Assembly: GCA_934725985.1 (NCBI GenBank)
Contig: CAKVCX010000002.1
Span: forward strand, 24,306-88,305
Source of the DNA: an uncultured Bacilli bacterium
Lineage (GTDB): Bacteria; Bacillota_I; Bacilli_A; RFN20; CAG-826
Reading direction: 5' to 3'
Length of the DNA stretch: 64,000 bases
A model generated the notes under the pieces. The model was not told the origin of the DNA and did not search any database. It saw only the letters and a list, made by a program, of their open reading frames with translations. The translations under genes and the position numbers were made by a program. The first letter of the stretch is position 1, and each line of letters starts with the position of its first letter. Positions 9,994-19,612 of this stretch are shown here, in pieces.

Positions 9994-11100
9994 GTGAAAG
10001 AAATAATTTCAGAACAAAAATATTTTGAACTCTTACAATCTTTGGGTGTAAAAAAAGAATTTGATTACCCTTTTTTATATTCAACCTATTGTTTTGCTTT
10101 AAATGGCCTAGATGAGATGAAAGATGATAATCCTGTTGTAGCCTCGATGGGTGTCAATCAGGTTTTATTAACGATTTATTTAGTTAATGAACATTCTTTT
10201 TATTTAAGGACTCATAAAGAATCTAAACTAGAGACTTTAATTCAAGATGAAGAATATAAACAATTTATAGCTTCCATTGCCGTTGATAAATATTTTACCA
10301 ATGAGCATTTGGCTTATAAGATGGGGACTTTGACTAGCAGATTTTCTCCTTTGATGTCTACCCTTGATTTATATTTAAATTTCATTTTAGGAATGTTATC
10401 TAGATATAAAAAAGGCGACCCCAAGCAAACCTTATTGGTCGATATCATGAACAAAGGCTTTCAAATGGCTAAATGCGTGGCTACCCTTCTTGAAGGCGGA
10501 TTTGAAACCGAGGCCTTTTCGACTTGGCGGACTTTACATGAAAATGAATGCATTTTGCATTGCTTAGTTAAATATGGGCAACCTGTTATCGATAGATATT
10601 TAGCCCATATTCGTTATGGGGTGGCTTTTAGAGGGGGCATAAAATCAAAAGAAGAAACCGATGCCGTCTTTGTTGAAATTAAAGAAAATATGAAGGAAGT
10701 CGGATTAAAAAGCAAAGACATGAAGCGTTACATAGAATATGGCTGGCTTTTAGGGGTGAAGGAAGTCATGTCTCTGCCTAATTTTAAATTTAATTTTAGG
10801 GATGGTGTAGAAAAAGTAGCAGGCCTTTCTTCCTATTCAAAAGTATATGAGATGTCTAGTGAGATAGCCCATAGTTCACCTTTGCTTATCTATTCAAAAA
10901 AAGATTATTTCTTTTCTATTACCTTATTGAATTTATATGAATCTTTCTTTAGGCTGGAAAGGTTTTTCTCTTCTTTATATTTATCTAGCGTAAGCGAAGA
11001 AGAAAAATTGCGTTATTTAAATTTAAGAAAACTTTATTATGGAGAACTATTATCTGCCTATAACGAACAAAAGGAAATTTTTTCTTCTCTTTCTAAATAG
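9994..11100 (+). CDS. Hypothetical all-helical protein (possibly DUF5677-like)
   Basis: 368-aa ORF with a GTG start, no SD and no TM. The segment 'CVATLLEGGFETEAFSTWRTLHENECILHCLV' resembles the core of DUF5677-type proteins, from memory only. Start codon is uncertain. Confidence 0.45.
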   Translation: MKEIISEQKYFELLQSLGVKKEFDYPFLYSTYCFALNGLDEMKDDNPVVASMGVNQVLLTIYLVNEHSFYLRTHKESKLETLIQDEEYKQFIASIAVDKYFTNEHLAYKMGTLTSRFSPLMSTLDLYLNFILGMLSRYKKGDPKQTLLVDIMNKGFQMAKCVATLLEGGFETEAFSTWRTLHENECILHCLVKYGQPVIDRYLAHIRYGVAFRGGIKSKEETDAVFVEIKENMKEVGLKSKDMKRYIEYGWLLGVKEVMSLPNFKFNFRDGVEKVAGLSSYSKVYEMSSEIAHSSPLLIYSKKDYFFSITLLNLYESFFRLERFFSSLYLSSVSEEEKLRYLNLRKLYYGELLSAYNEQKEIFSSLSK

Positions 11101-11106
11101 ATATTT

Positions 11107-11928
11107 ATGAATGATTCTGTAGCTGAATTAATAATACAAAGTCATAAGAAAGCAACTCCGAGTGAGAAAAGAATGGGAAAGAAACTGCTTTCTTTGGATA
11201 TGGGCGAAGTGGTTTATATGTCCATTACCGAATTAAGCGAGAAGATTTCCTCTTCTGAAGCCACGATTCTTAGGTATTGCCGTAAACTTGGATTTAAAGG
11301 ATTCCAAGATTTTAAATTAGCTATTTCTAGAGATTTAGCCTTAAAAGAAAAAGAAGGCGATCTATCTCCTACTTCTTTTTTCTTATCTAATATTTCGAAA
11401 GCTTTAGAAAAAGAGGCGGAAGCAATCGATGAAGAGGATATAGAAATTGTTTCTAATAAACTTTTGTCTTCAAGAAAAATCGCGGCTTTTGGGGTGGGCA
11501 GTAGTCATGTTGCCCCAACTTTTCTAAAGCAAAGATTATTGGCCGTAGGTAAATATGTCATGGCTGAAGAATCAAGCCATTCTATGGCTGCCATTGCCTC
11601 AAATTTATCCAATAAGGATATTTGCATTCTTTTCTCGGTTACAGGTTCTACAAAAGATATTCTAGATGCGGCTAGACTAGCTAAGGCTAATTCTGCCTAT
11701 ATTGTTTCCATAACTTCCTATCCTTCTTCTCCACTTGGTAAATTCTCGGATATTATTTTAAGTAGTTGTACAAAAGAAGCCGCTCCATATAGGGGTGGGG
11801 TGACGCAAACCATGGGACAGCTATTCATTGCTGGGCTAATCTCAGAAAAATGCTATTCAATACTAGGCAAAGAAGGAGAAAAAATTGCTTCAAAAACAAT
11901 TTCTAACTTCTCTGATAAGCTAATTTAA
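11107..11928 (+). CDS. MurR/RpiR-family transcriptional regulator (HTH_6 + SIS domain)
   Basis: N-terminal 'ITELSEKISSSEATILRYCRKLGFKGFQDFK' is the RpiR HTH. A C-terminal SIS domain follows ('FGVGSSH...', 'SVTGSTKD'). Confidence 0.85.
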   Translation: MNDSVAELIIQSHKKATPSEKRMGKKLLSLDMGEVVYMSITELSEKISSSEATILRYCRKLGFKGFQDFKLAISRDLALKEKEGDLSPTSFFLSNISKALEKEAEAIDEEDIEIVSNKLLSSRKIAAFGVGSSHVAPTFLKQRLLAVGKYVMAEESSHSMAAIASNLSNKDICILFSVTGSTKDILDAARLAKANSAYIVSITSYPSSPLGKFSDIILSSCTKEAAPYRGGVTQTMGQLFIAGLISEKCYSILGKEGEKIASKTISNFSDKLI

Positions 11929-12004
11929 TTATCTTTGAAAATAATTTTCATTTTATTGTTGGTTTTTTATGTTAGACTTACAATGTTTGAAAAGGATTTT
12001 CTTT

Positions 12005-12856
12005 ATGAAAACGATTGGAATTGATATTGGGGGAACTTCGATAAAAGGGGGGAGATTTGGTTCGAATAACGTCTTGGAAGCCTCTAATAACGTGAAAACC
12101 GAAAAGAAAGAATATTCTTCTTTTCTCCACAATATAGAATCATTGATTTATTCTTTACTAGATGAGGAGGTCAAAGGGATTGGCATAGTTTCAGCCGGCG
12201 ATATAAATGATGATCATTCTTCTTACCTTAATATTTTTAATATTCCCTGCCTAAAAGGGAAAGATTTAGGGAAAGATTTAAAAGAAAAATTTAATCTACC
12301 TGTCTATATAGAAAACGATGCCGTGGGGGCTTTAGTAGGTGAGGCTAGTTTAAGAAAAGAAAAAAATATCGAAATGCTTACCTTTGGTACAGGGGTTGGC
12401 TCGGCTGCTATTATAGACAACAAGCCAATTCATGGAGGAGAGTATGATTTTGGTCATGTTAGCCTTTGTAAAAATGGGTATCGCTGTAAATGTGGGAAAA
12501 AAGGTTGCAGTGAAGTTTATTTAAGCGCGATTGCTTTATGGAGAGCCGCTTGCAAAAGATATAACAAAAACATCGAAGTAGTTGAATTAATGGATTTATA
12601 TAGGCAAGGCAATCAAATTGCTAAGCAGTTAATCGAGGAATATTGCCTATTGCTAAATAAATTAATTGCAATTATCGAATCAAAAATTCATCCAGAGCTT
12701 ATAATATTAGGTGGGGGTCTAATGAATTCTAGCGATGTTTTTGCCCCTTATTTAAAAAGTAGCAAGGCTAAGATTAAGTTTGCTAAAATGGGCAATAAGG
12801 CCGGCTGCCTTGGCGCTTCTATTTTAATAAGAAAGGAGCTAGAAAATGCTAAATAA
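12005..12856 (+). CDS. ROK-family sugar kinase (GlcNAc/ManNAc/glucose kinase type)
   Basis: Carries 'IGIDIGGTSIKGG' and 'ENDAVGALVGE'. ROK zinc motif 'GHVSLCKNGYRCKCGKKGCSE'. I prefer the ATG at 12005 to the ATG at 11969. Confidence 0.85.
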   Translation: MKTIGIDIGGTSIKGGRFGSNNVLEASNNVKTEKKEYSSFLHNIESLIYSLLDEEVKGIGIVSAGDINDDHSSYLNIFNIPCLKGKDLGKDLKEKFNLPVYIENDAVGALVGEASLRKEKNIEMLTFGTGVGSAAIIDNKPIHGGEYDFGHVSLCKNGYRCKCGKKGCSEVYLSAIALWRAACKRYNKNIEVVELMDLYRQGNQIAKQLIEEYCLLLNKLIAIIESKIHPELIILGGGLMNSSDVFAPYLKSSKAKIKFAKMGNKAGCLGASILIRKELENAK

Positions 12857-14015
12857 AAAGATTACTGGATTTAAAAATGCAAATGTTTGCTTTGAAGATG
12901 GGATAAGGAAGTCTTCCATTGAAGTAAAGGAAGGCCGTATTTTTTCTTTTTTAGATAGCGAAGATGCTTTAACTCTTCCATCAAATCTTATTGTTTGCCC
13001 TGGATTAATCGATGAACATATACATGGGTGTCTTGGATTCGATGTAATGGATGCCAAAAAAGAATCTCTCCAAGGCATGGCAGATGCCTTAGTTAGAGAG
13101 GGGGTTACCTGCTTTTTGGCTACGACTATGACCGAAAAAGAAGATAAAATAATCTCTTCTTTAGAAAACGTGGCTTCTTTTATGGAAACCCAAACTACGG
13201 GAGCAAGGGTTCTAGGTGCTCACTTAGAAGGTCCCTTTATTTCAAAAAAATATAAAGGCGCTCAAAGTGAGGAATGCATCCTAAAACCAGACGTTGATAC
13301 TTTTAAAAGGTTTGAAGAAGCTTCTAGAAACAGCATTAAATTAGTTACTTTCGCTTATGAAGAAGATGACGGTTGCTTCTTAAAGTATTTAATTAGCAAA
13401 AATATAGTTGCTTCCGTTGGCCATTCTTCTTGTCCAAGTGACAAGTTAATTGAAGGGGTAGAAAATGGGGTTAGCTGCATTACTCATTTATATAACGCCC
13501 AACGTCCTTTTACTCATCATGATTCTGGTGTAACGGGGGTAGGATTGGCTAATGACAAGCTATATACCGAACTTATTGCTGATTTTTATCATTCAACTAA
13601 AGAGTCGGTCAAGGTAGTTTTAAAATGCAAATATCCTGATAAACTAGTCTTAATTAGTGATTCAACCGAGGCTAAATATTTGCCAGAAGGGAACTACTAT
13701 TTAGGGTCTACTCCTATATATAGTGATACTCATGTTGCAAAGTTATTAAACGGCACGATTGCAGGTAGCGTTCTTCGCCTTGATCAGGCTTTAAAAAACG
13801 TTACTTCTATTTTTGATATGCCATTTTATAAAGCGATTGCTTTAGCTAGCAACAACCCCTCTTCTAACCTTCATTTAAAGGATAGGGGCTTTATTAGGAA
13901 GGGATACCATGCTGATTTTGTAATCATGGATTCCTCTTTTGAGGTTTACTTAACCATCACGGATGGGGAAATTGCTTACATTCGTCCTGGTTTTGATATA
14001 AATAATTTATTTTAA
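12846..14015 (+). CDS. nagA: N-acetylglucosamine-6-phosphate deacetylase
   Basis: Carries 'PGLIDEHIHGCLGFDVMD', 'LGAHLEGPFIS' and 'ITHLYNA', amidohydrolase NagA signatures. AGGAG lies 7 nt upstream. Overlaps the ROK gene by 11 nt. Confidence 0.9.
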   Translation: MLNKKITGFKNANVCFEDGIRKSSIEVKEGRIFSFLDSEDALTLPSNLIVCPGLIDEHIHGCLGFDVMDAKKESLQGMADALVREGVTCFLATTMTEKEDKIISSLENVASFMETQTTGARVLGAHLEGPFISKKYKGAQSEECILKPDVDTFKRFEEASRNSIKLVTFAYEEDDGCFLKYLISKNIVASVGHSSCPSDKLIEGVENGVSCITHLYNAQRPFTHHDSGVTGVGLANDKLYTELIADFYHSTKESVKVVLKCKYPDKLVLISDSTEAKYLPEGNYYLGSTPIYSDTHVAKLLNGTIAGSVLRLDQALKNVTSIFDMPFYKAIALASNNPSSNLHLKDRGFIRKGYHADFVIMDSSFEVYLTITDGEIAYIRPGFDINNLF

Positions 14016-14027
14016 AGGTGGTAAAAA

Positions 14028-14729
14028 ATGAAAATCATTGAATTTGCGACTCGACAAGAATTAGACGCTTACGCGGGCAATCTTCTTTTTGATTTATTGA
14101 AAAGAAAGAAAAATGCCAATATTGGTCTTGCCACTGGCTCGACTCCTCTTGGCTTTTATGACTATGTTGCTTCTAATTATAAAAAAGAAGGTCTTTCTTT
14201 TAAGGAAGTAAAAAGCTTTAATCTTGATGAATATGTCAATTGTCCAATTAAAACTGAAACCTATCGTTATTTCATGGACTCCAATTTCTTTTCTAAAATC
14301 GATATAAAAAAGGAAAACACTAACTTTCCAGATGCTTTAAACCCGGCTGCCTATGATGAAAAAATAGCAAAAGAAGGTGGAGTGGATTTCCAACTATTAG
14401 GAATCGGAAGGAACGGCCATATTGGTTTTAACGAACCCAATACCCCATTTGATAGCAAAACACATATTATCGAGCTTACTAAATCTACTAGGGAAGCCAA
14501 TGCTAGATTCTTTAATAACGATATGAATTTGGTTCCAACTAAAGCTGTTTCCATGGGTATTGCTACCATTTTAAAGGCCAAGATGGTTGTCTTGATTGCT
14601 AATGATCCAACAAAGAAAGAAGCCATTCTTTCCTTAAAGGAAGGAAAAAGTGACATTTCTAATCCATCCACAAGTTTAATTGCTCATCCAAATTGCTACA
14701 TTTTGATTACTAAATCCGTTTTAGAATAA
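14028..14729 (+). CDS. nagB: Glucosamine-6-phosphate deaminase
   Basis: Carries 'GLATGSTPLGFY', 'FNLDEY' and 'LLGIGRNGHIGFNEP', NagB signatures. AGGTGG RBS. Confidence 0.9.
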   Translation: MKIIEFATRQELDAYAGNLLFDLLKRKKNANIGLATGSTPLGFYDYVASNYKKEGLSFKEVKSFNLDEYVNCPIKTETYRYFMDSNFFSKIDIKKENTNFPDALNPAAYDEKIAKEGGVDFQLLGIGRNGHIGFNEPNTPFDSKTHIIELTKSTREANARFFNNDMNLVPTKAVSMGIATILKAKMVVLIANDPTKKEAILSLKEGKSDISNPSTSLIAHPNCYILITKSVLE

Positions 14730-14735
14730 AAAAAT

Positions 14736-14779
14736 AACACCTGTCCTTGATATTTTGTTATTAAGACAGGTGTTTTTTA
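14736..14779. terminator. Bidirectional rho-independent terminator between nagB (+) and the nucleoside kinase gene (-)
   Basis: Perfect 10-bp stem AACACCTGTC / GACAGGTGTT (14736-14745 / 14765-14774). An A-run lies upstream and a T-run downstream. Confidence 0.8.
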
Positions 14780-14789
14780 TTTAAATAAT

Positions 14790-16439
14790 TTATACGTCAG
14801 CGTAACAACTCCCCCCAATAAATTCTCTCATTAGGGAGTTAGAAGGCACCCATTTTTCATCCATGTCAATAAAGAATTTAAGCATTCTCATTAAGCGTAT
14901 GGCGACTGGGAAGTAAGGCGATTCCTGGTCTATTTTTTGCAATAAGGGCAAGGCGTATTTTTTCATGACTGGCAATTCGTAGGGAAGCATGGAATTATAA
15001 ACATAATCGCTTCCTTCTTGGGTTGCATAAATCCATTTGAATTCGCCAGCCCTGACACTTGGCCACATCGATATTGTTTCTTCAGCCGATGAATTCCTGA
15101 ATTTATAGTCCCTAACTATTCTTCTTATCAATCTTAAATCCGTTAAGGATTGGGGGTTATGGTCATCTAGGTTAATTTGAGCTTGCGGTGCGATGAATAT
15201 TTTAAATTTTGCCGATTTAGGTATATCTAAAGTTAGTCTATTGTTTAAGGCATGAATCCCTTCGATGATAATCGGTTCGCCTTTTTTAACTTTTAGTAAA
15301 CGCCCTGGGACTCTTTTTCCTAACTGGAAGTCAAATTTTGGCAATCTAACTTCTTCTCCATTAATCAAATCTACCATGTTTTGATTAAATAAAGGTATAT
15401 CTAAGGCTTCGATGGATTCTAAATCTGGCTGGCCATTTTCATCTAATGGAATTTTGCTTTTTTCTAGATAATAATCGTCAATTGAAATTCTAATTGGCTT
15501 TATGCCTCTTGAAAGAAGCTCTATTCTTAATCTATTGGCAAAAGTAGTTTTGCCGGAGCTAGATGGACCTGCAATGCAAATTAGGGATATTTCGTTAATG
15601 GAATCTTCAATTAATTGGCCTAATTCACATAACATTCTATTATGGCGAGCCTCGCATATATTTATAAATTCGCTTGTACCGCGGTTTTTTATTGATTCAT
15701 TAATACCTGCTACCGTATCTGTTCCAATTATTTTTGCCCAATCATGACTTTCTTTTAAAGTACGACCAAATGTAGGGGCATCTTCAAATTCTGGGATTTC
15801 CCCTTTATTTTCAGCGCGAGGATATTGAAGAAGGAAGCCGGGTGAATATAGCCTTAATTTATATTTTTTAATATAACCGGTGCTAGGTACCATATGGGAA
15901 TACATATAGTCCATATAGCCATCGCATTCGTAAAGATGAACCGTTCTTTCCGGACGATATGGAAGTAAGGCTAGCTTATCTTCATAACCTAGCTTTTTAT
16001 AAAGTTCTTCTGCATCTTCATTTGATAAAACCGTTCTTTTTAATGGATAATCCGCCTTGATTATGCTTTCAATTTCATGATTTATCTTTATAAGCATGGC
16101 TGTATTGGCGACATATCCCTTGCTAAGAAGATGAATGGAAACGCATCTAGAGACATTGTAAGCAAACCTTATCTTCAAATCTGGATAGACCCTTTTAAAA
16201 GCCATCGCGACTATATAACGTAAAGAAGCTTCATATGTTTTTATGGAATCGCTATCTTTAACAGTTAAGAACTCAACGTTGCAATCATAATAAACTTCAT
16301 AAGTGAGTTCCCTAACTCTGTTATTTACTTTCGCGACTATATAATTTTTATCTTCATCATTATTGCCAAGGATTTCTAATAAGGATGTTTTCTTTTCGTA
16401 TTCTTTTGTTATTCCGCTTAAGGTGACTTTGAATGACAT
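14790..16439 (-). CDS. Uridine-kinase-family nucleoside kinase fused to an N-terminal TGS/ThrRS-like region
   Basis: 549 aa. P-loop 'IAGPSSSGKTTFANRL' sits in the C-terminal half, with Udk-like 'IIIEGIHALN'. The N-terminal ~270 aa resemble the ThrRS N-terminal (TGS + second additional domain) arrangement. AGGAG RBS. Confidence 0.7.
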   Translation of the reverse strand: MSFKVTLSGITKEYEKKTSLLEILGNNDEDKNYIVAKVNNRVRELTYEVYYDCNVEFLTVKDSDSIKTYEASLRYIVAMAFKRVYPDLKIRFAYNVSRCVSIHLLSKGYVANTAMLIKINHEIESIIKADYPLKRTVLSNEDAEELYKKLGYEDKLALLPYRPERTVHLYECDGYMDYMYSHMVPSTGYIKKYKLRLYSPGFLLQYPRAENKGEIPEFEDAPTFGRTLKESHDWAKIIGTDTVAGINESIKNRGTSEFINICEARHNRMLCELGQLIEDSINEISLICIAGPSSSGKTTFANRLRIELLSRGIKPIRISIDDYYLEKSKIPLDENGQPDLESIEALDIPLFNQNMVDLINGEEVRLPKFDFQLGKRVPGRLLKVKKGEPIIIEGIHALNNRLTLDIPKSAKFKIFIAPQAQINLDDHNPQSLTDLRLIRRIVRDYKFRNSSAEETISMWPSVRAGEFKWIYATQEGSDYVYNSMLPYELPVMKKYALPLLQKIDQESPYFPVAIRLMRMLKFFIDMDEKWVPSNSLMREFIGGSCYADV

Positions 16440-16573
16440 TTTTCTTACTCCTAGGATGCTAGTAAATCTAAATATGTTAATATGTAAGTGCTTTCATTGC
16501 AATGTTAGTTTGCCTAGAGAAAGCAAGGGAATATATAATTACGTGATAAGGTTTTGCAAGCCTTTTATAATTT

Positions 16574-17095
16574 ATGAAAGACAATTTATTGGTCGTTGTT
16601 GATTATCAAGTCGACTTTGTTAATGGCTCCCTTGGGTTCCCTTTAGCTTTAGAATTGGAAGAAAAGATAGCTAATTTAATTGCAAAAAAGGAAAATGAAG
16701 GCTATGAAGTTGTCTTTACCAAAGATGAACATGATGATGATTATTTAGATACAGAAGAAGGAAAAAATTTGCCAATTCCTCATTGTATTAAAGGAAGTGG
16801 AGGGGAAGAATTCTTTGGAAAGATAAAAAAAATCGCCTCTACTCATAAAGTTTTTATAAAACATACATTTGGCAGTTTGGATTTAGCTAATTATATTGCT
16901 AGTAAAAATTATAAAAATATCGAATTATGTGGCATAGATACTTCCATTTGTGTTTTCTCTAATGCCATTTTATCTAAGGCAAGCTCCCCGAATTCTAGGG
17001 TTAGTTTGCTTTCTTCTTATTGTATGAGTGGAAACGAAACTTCTAGCAAGATTGCCTATGAGGCTTTAAGTCGAGTTCAAATTTTTAAAATCTAG
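16574..17095 (+). CDS. pncA: Nicotinamidase / isochorismatase-family cysteine hydrolase
   Basis: Carries 'LLVVVDYQVDF' (catalytic Asp), 'DEH...PIPHCIKGSGGEE' (metal site plus HC motif) and 'CGIDTSICV' (catalytic Cys). Confidence 0.75.
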   Translation: MKDNLLVVVDYQVDFVNGSLGFPLALELEEKIANLIAKKENEGYEVVFTKDEHDDDYLDTEEGKNLPIPHCIKGSGGEEFFGKIKKIASTHKVFIKHTFGSLDLANYIASKNYKNIELCGIDTSICVFSNAILSKASSPNSRVSLLSSYCMSGNETSSKIAYEALSRVQIFKI

Positions 17096-17104
17096 GAGAT
17101 CATT

Positions 17105-18304
17105 ATGAAAAAATCATTGGTTTATTTGCAATCTGGCGGACCTACCTCTGTAATCAACTCGAGCCTTTATGGGGCGATTAAAGAAGCTAAAAGAAATCAA
17201 AACATAGATAAAATACTAGGCTCCTTAAATGGAATCGAAGGACTTATTTCTAATGATTTGATTGATTTAAGAAAGGAAGAAGAAGAAACCATTGAACTTT
17301 TAAAGCAAACCCCAGGGGCTATATTAGGTTCTTCTAGATTTAAACTCCCTTCCGATTTTGATAATGATATTTATCAATCCATACTAGAGACGATAAGAAA
17401 GCATGACATTGGATACGTTATTGTTAATGGTGGGAATGATTCAATGGATACGTGTAATAAATTATCTAAGCTTTTCGCCTTAAAGAAACTTGATGTCAAT
17501 GTTGTGGGCGTGCCTAAAACCGTTGATAACGATTTAGCCTTTACTGATCATTGCAATGGGTTTGGTTCCGCTGCTAAATACGTAATTAATACGGTTAAAT
17601 CAATTTGCGTCGATGCTTCTTGCTATAAAAAAGGAAAAGTCATAGTCATTGAAATAATGGGGCGAAATGCAGGCTGGCTTACGGCTTCTATTGATTTGCT
17701 TCCTTTTCCTTATAGACCGGATTTGATTTTTCTACCTGAAGTAAAATTAGATTTATCTTCTTTATTAGACGAGGTCAACTCTTTATATAGAAAAAAAGGC
17801 TATCTTGTTATTGCTTTTAGCGAAGGCGTGTCTTTATTTTCTTCCTATAAAGACGAACAAGTCGATTCATTTGGACATAATAAATTAGAAGGAAGTGGTG
17901 AGGAAATCGCCAAGTTAATTCATAAAAAACTCAATCTTCCGACTCGTTCGATAATATTATCGATACCTCAGCGCGCCGATCCGTTCTTGATTTCAAAAGT
18001 TGATCAAGAGGAAGCCATTAACTGCGGCAAATACGCTGTCATGGGTGCCTTGAATAATGAAAATGGAAAAATGGTTGCAATAAATAGAATCAGTTCCAAA
18101 CCTTATAAAGTTAGTTTTGAATATGTCGATGTTTCTAAAATCGCCAATGTCGAAAAAAAGATTCCTTCTTCGTTTATGAAAGACTCTTATGAAATGAGCA
18201 ATGATTTTAAAGAATATCTTTCTCCTTTAATTGAGGGTGAAACTTCAATTAAATTTAAAAATGGTATTTTTGAAAGTGCTTCTTTAAAAAAGATAAAGGT
18301 TTAA
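17105..18304 (+). CDS. pfp: 6-phosphofructokinase, predicted pyrophosphate-dependent (PFP type)
   Basis: Carries 'SGGPTSVINSSL', 'IVNGGNDSMD' and 'GVPKTVDNDL'. Asp and Lys occupy the two positions that are Gly in ATP-dependent PfkA. AGGAG RBS. Confidence 0.85.
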   Translation: MKKSLVYLQSGGPTSVINSSLYGAIKEAKRNQNIDKILGSLNGIEGLISNDLIDLRKEEEETIELLKQTPGAILGSSRFKLPSDFDNDIYQSILETIRKHDIGYVIVNGGNDSMDTCNKLSKLFALKKLDVNVVGVPKTVDNDLAFTDHCNGFGSAAKYVINTVKSICVDASCYKKGKVIVIEIMGRNAGWLTASIDLLPFPYRPDLIFLPEVKLDLSSLLDEVNSLYRKKGYLVIAFSEGVSLFSSYKDEQVDSFGHNKLEGSGEEIAKLIHKKLNLPTRSIILSIPQRADPFLISKVDQEEAINCGKYAVMGALNNENGKMVAINRISSKPYKVSFEYVDVSKIANVEKKIPSSFMKDSYEMSNDFKEYLSPLIEGETSIKFKNGIFESASLKKIKV

Positions 18305-18394
18305 TTCGACATTAAAAGAAAAATGTAAAATTAGAATCCGCTAGTCTTGAATATGGCTACTTTTAAGCCTAAACTTACTTCGTAAGAAATACTT

Positions 18395-18811
18395 ATGTTT
18401 ACCAATATGAAAGAAGAAAAAATTACCTTAATTGCCCTTATTGTCGTCTATTTAGTGGGCGTTGCTTCTTTCGCTTGTTTTTTCTTTTTGGGAAATCCGG
18501 GTTTGCCCTTGGGTTGGATCTTTGGTGGAGCTTTAATGATACTAGCCTATTTATCGATAGTTTTTAGTTCGAAGGCCATTTTAAATGGGGTGACTGGAAA
18601 AGGAGTTGGCGCTTCCTTTGCCGTCATATTTTCTTTGGTTAGAATTGTTTTATTGGCTGGTGGGCTATTTCTAAGTGGTTTTTATACATATAAACTACAA
18701 TCGAATTGGCTTAATGTCTGGACAGTTTTTGGCGGCTATTTACCTCTTGGGATAGTTACTGCAATAACCGGTTTTATAAATTCTAGAAAAAGTAAAAAGG
18801 AAGTTAAATAG
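18395..18811 (+). CDS. atpI: ATP synthase protein I-like small membrane protein
   Basis: 138 aa with 4 TM helices. It is the first gene of the atp operon, directly abutting atpB. Confidence 0.6.
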   Translation: MFTNMKEEKITLIALIVVYLVGVASFACFFFLGNPGLPLGWIFGGALMILAYLSIVFSSKAILNGVTGKGVGASFAVIFSLVRIVLLAGGLFLSGFYTYKLQSNWLNVWTVFGGYLPLGIVTAITGFINSRKSKKEVK

Positions 18812-19594
18812 ATGGTTACATTAGATTTATCTTCCATAGCTTCTAATTTCGATGGCTTTCTTGATTTTAAGATCAGTGGTCCTATTATTTCTTCTTTGAC
18901 CATCATGCTTCTTTTGGCCATTGTTTCTATAATTGTGGGAATAAAAGCTAGAAGAGCGGATCCAAAAAAAGCGCCTAAAGGATTGCTTTTATTAATCGAT
19001 AGTTTTGTTTCAAAAATAAATGAATGGACCAAAGATACAATGGGCAGGGAAAATGTTGGCAATTGGCCAGCTTACTTTTTTTGTCTTTTTTCTTATTTGT
19101 TCATTTCTTTTATATGGTCAATTACTGGTTTTCCTAGCGTCATAGATTATTTGCTAGTTCCTTTTTGTTTGGCCTTAGTGATGTTCATTCTTATTCATTT
19201 TACGGCGATTAGGTATCAAAAATGGGGTTATTTTCATAGATATGTTGAACCATTAAAGATTTGGCTGCCTATTAATTTGGTTACTATGTGGACCCCGATT
19301 ATTTCTACTAGTTTGCGTATGTTTGGCAATTGTTTGTCTGGTTCTGTGGTTTTAGGGATTTTAAGTTGGGCTTTGCGAAAGGCCTCTTTGGCTATATTTG
19401 GCGCTATGGGTAGTTGGGGACAAATTTTCCTTGCCCCAATTCCTTTAGCCGTTTTAAATCTTTATTTCAGTCTTTTCTCTGGATTTATCCAGACCCTTGT
19501 TTTTGCTTCGCTTAATGCCGTTTGGATTTCGCAAGAAATGCCAGAAGAAGAAACAATGGGCTTGCTTACTCAGGCAACTAGAGGAAAGAATTGA
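18812..19594 (+). CDS. atpB: F0F1 ATP synthase subunit a
   Basis: 'ISTSLRMFGNCLSG' contains the essential stator Arg. 5-6 TM helices. Operon position fits. Confidence 0.9.
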   Translation: MVTLDLSSIASNFDGFLDFKISGPIISSLTIMLLLAIVSIIVGIKARRADPKKAPKGLLLLIDSFVSKINEWTKDTMGRENVGNWPAYFFCLFSYLFISFIWSITGFPSVIDYLLVPFCLALVMFILIHFTAIRYQKWGYFHRYVEPLKIWLPINLVTMWTPIISTSLRMFGNCLSGSVVLGILSWALRKASLAIFGAMGSWGQIFLAPIPLAVLNLYFSLFSGFIQTLVFASLNAVWISQEMPEEETMGLLTQATRGKN

Positions 19595-19612
19595 CCCATA
19601 GGGAGGTAATTT

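Noticed and set aside
16527-16573. Hairpin AAGGTTTTGCAAGCCTT and TATAAT immediately upstream of pncA as a riboswitch or leaderless promoter
   Set aside because: TATAAT ends only 2 nt before the ATG, too close for a transcription start upstream of the codon. The hairpin is short, with no flanking conserved structure. Evidence is insufficient.
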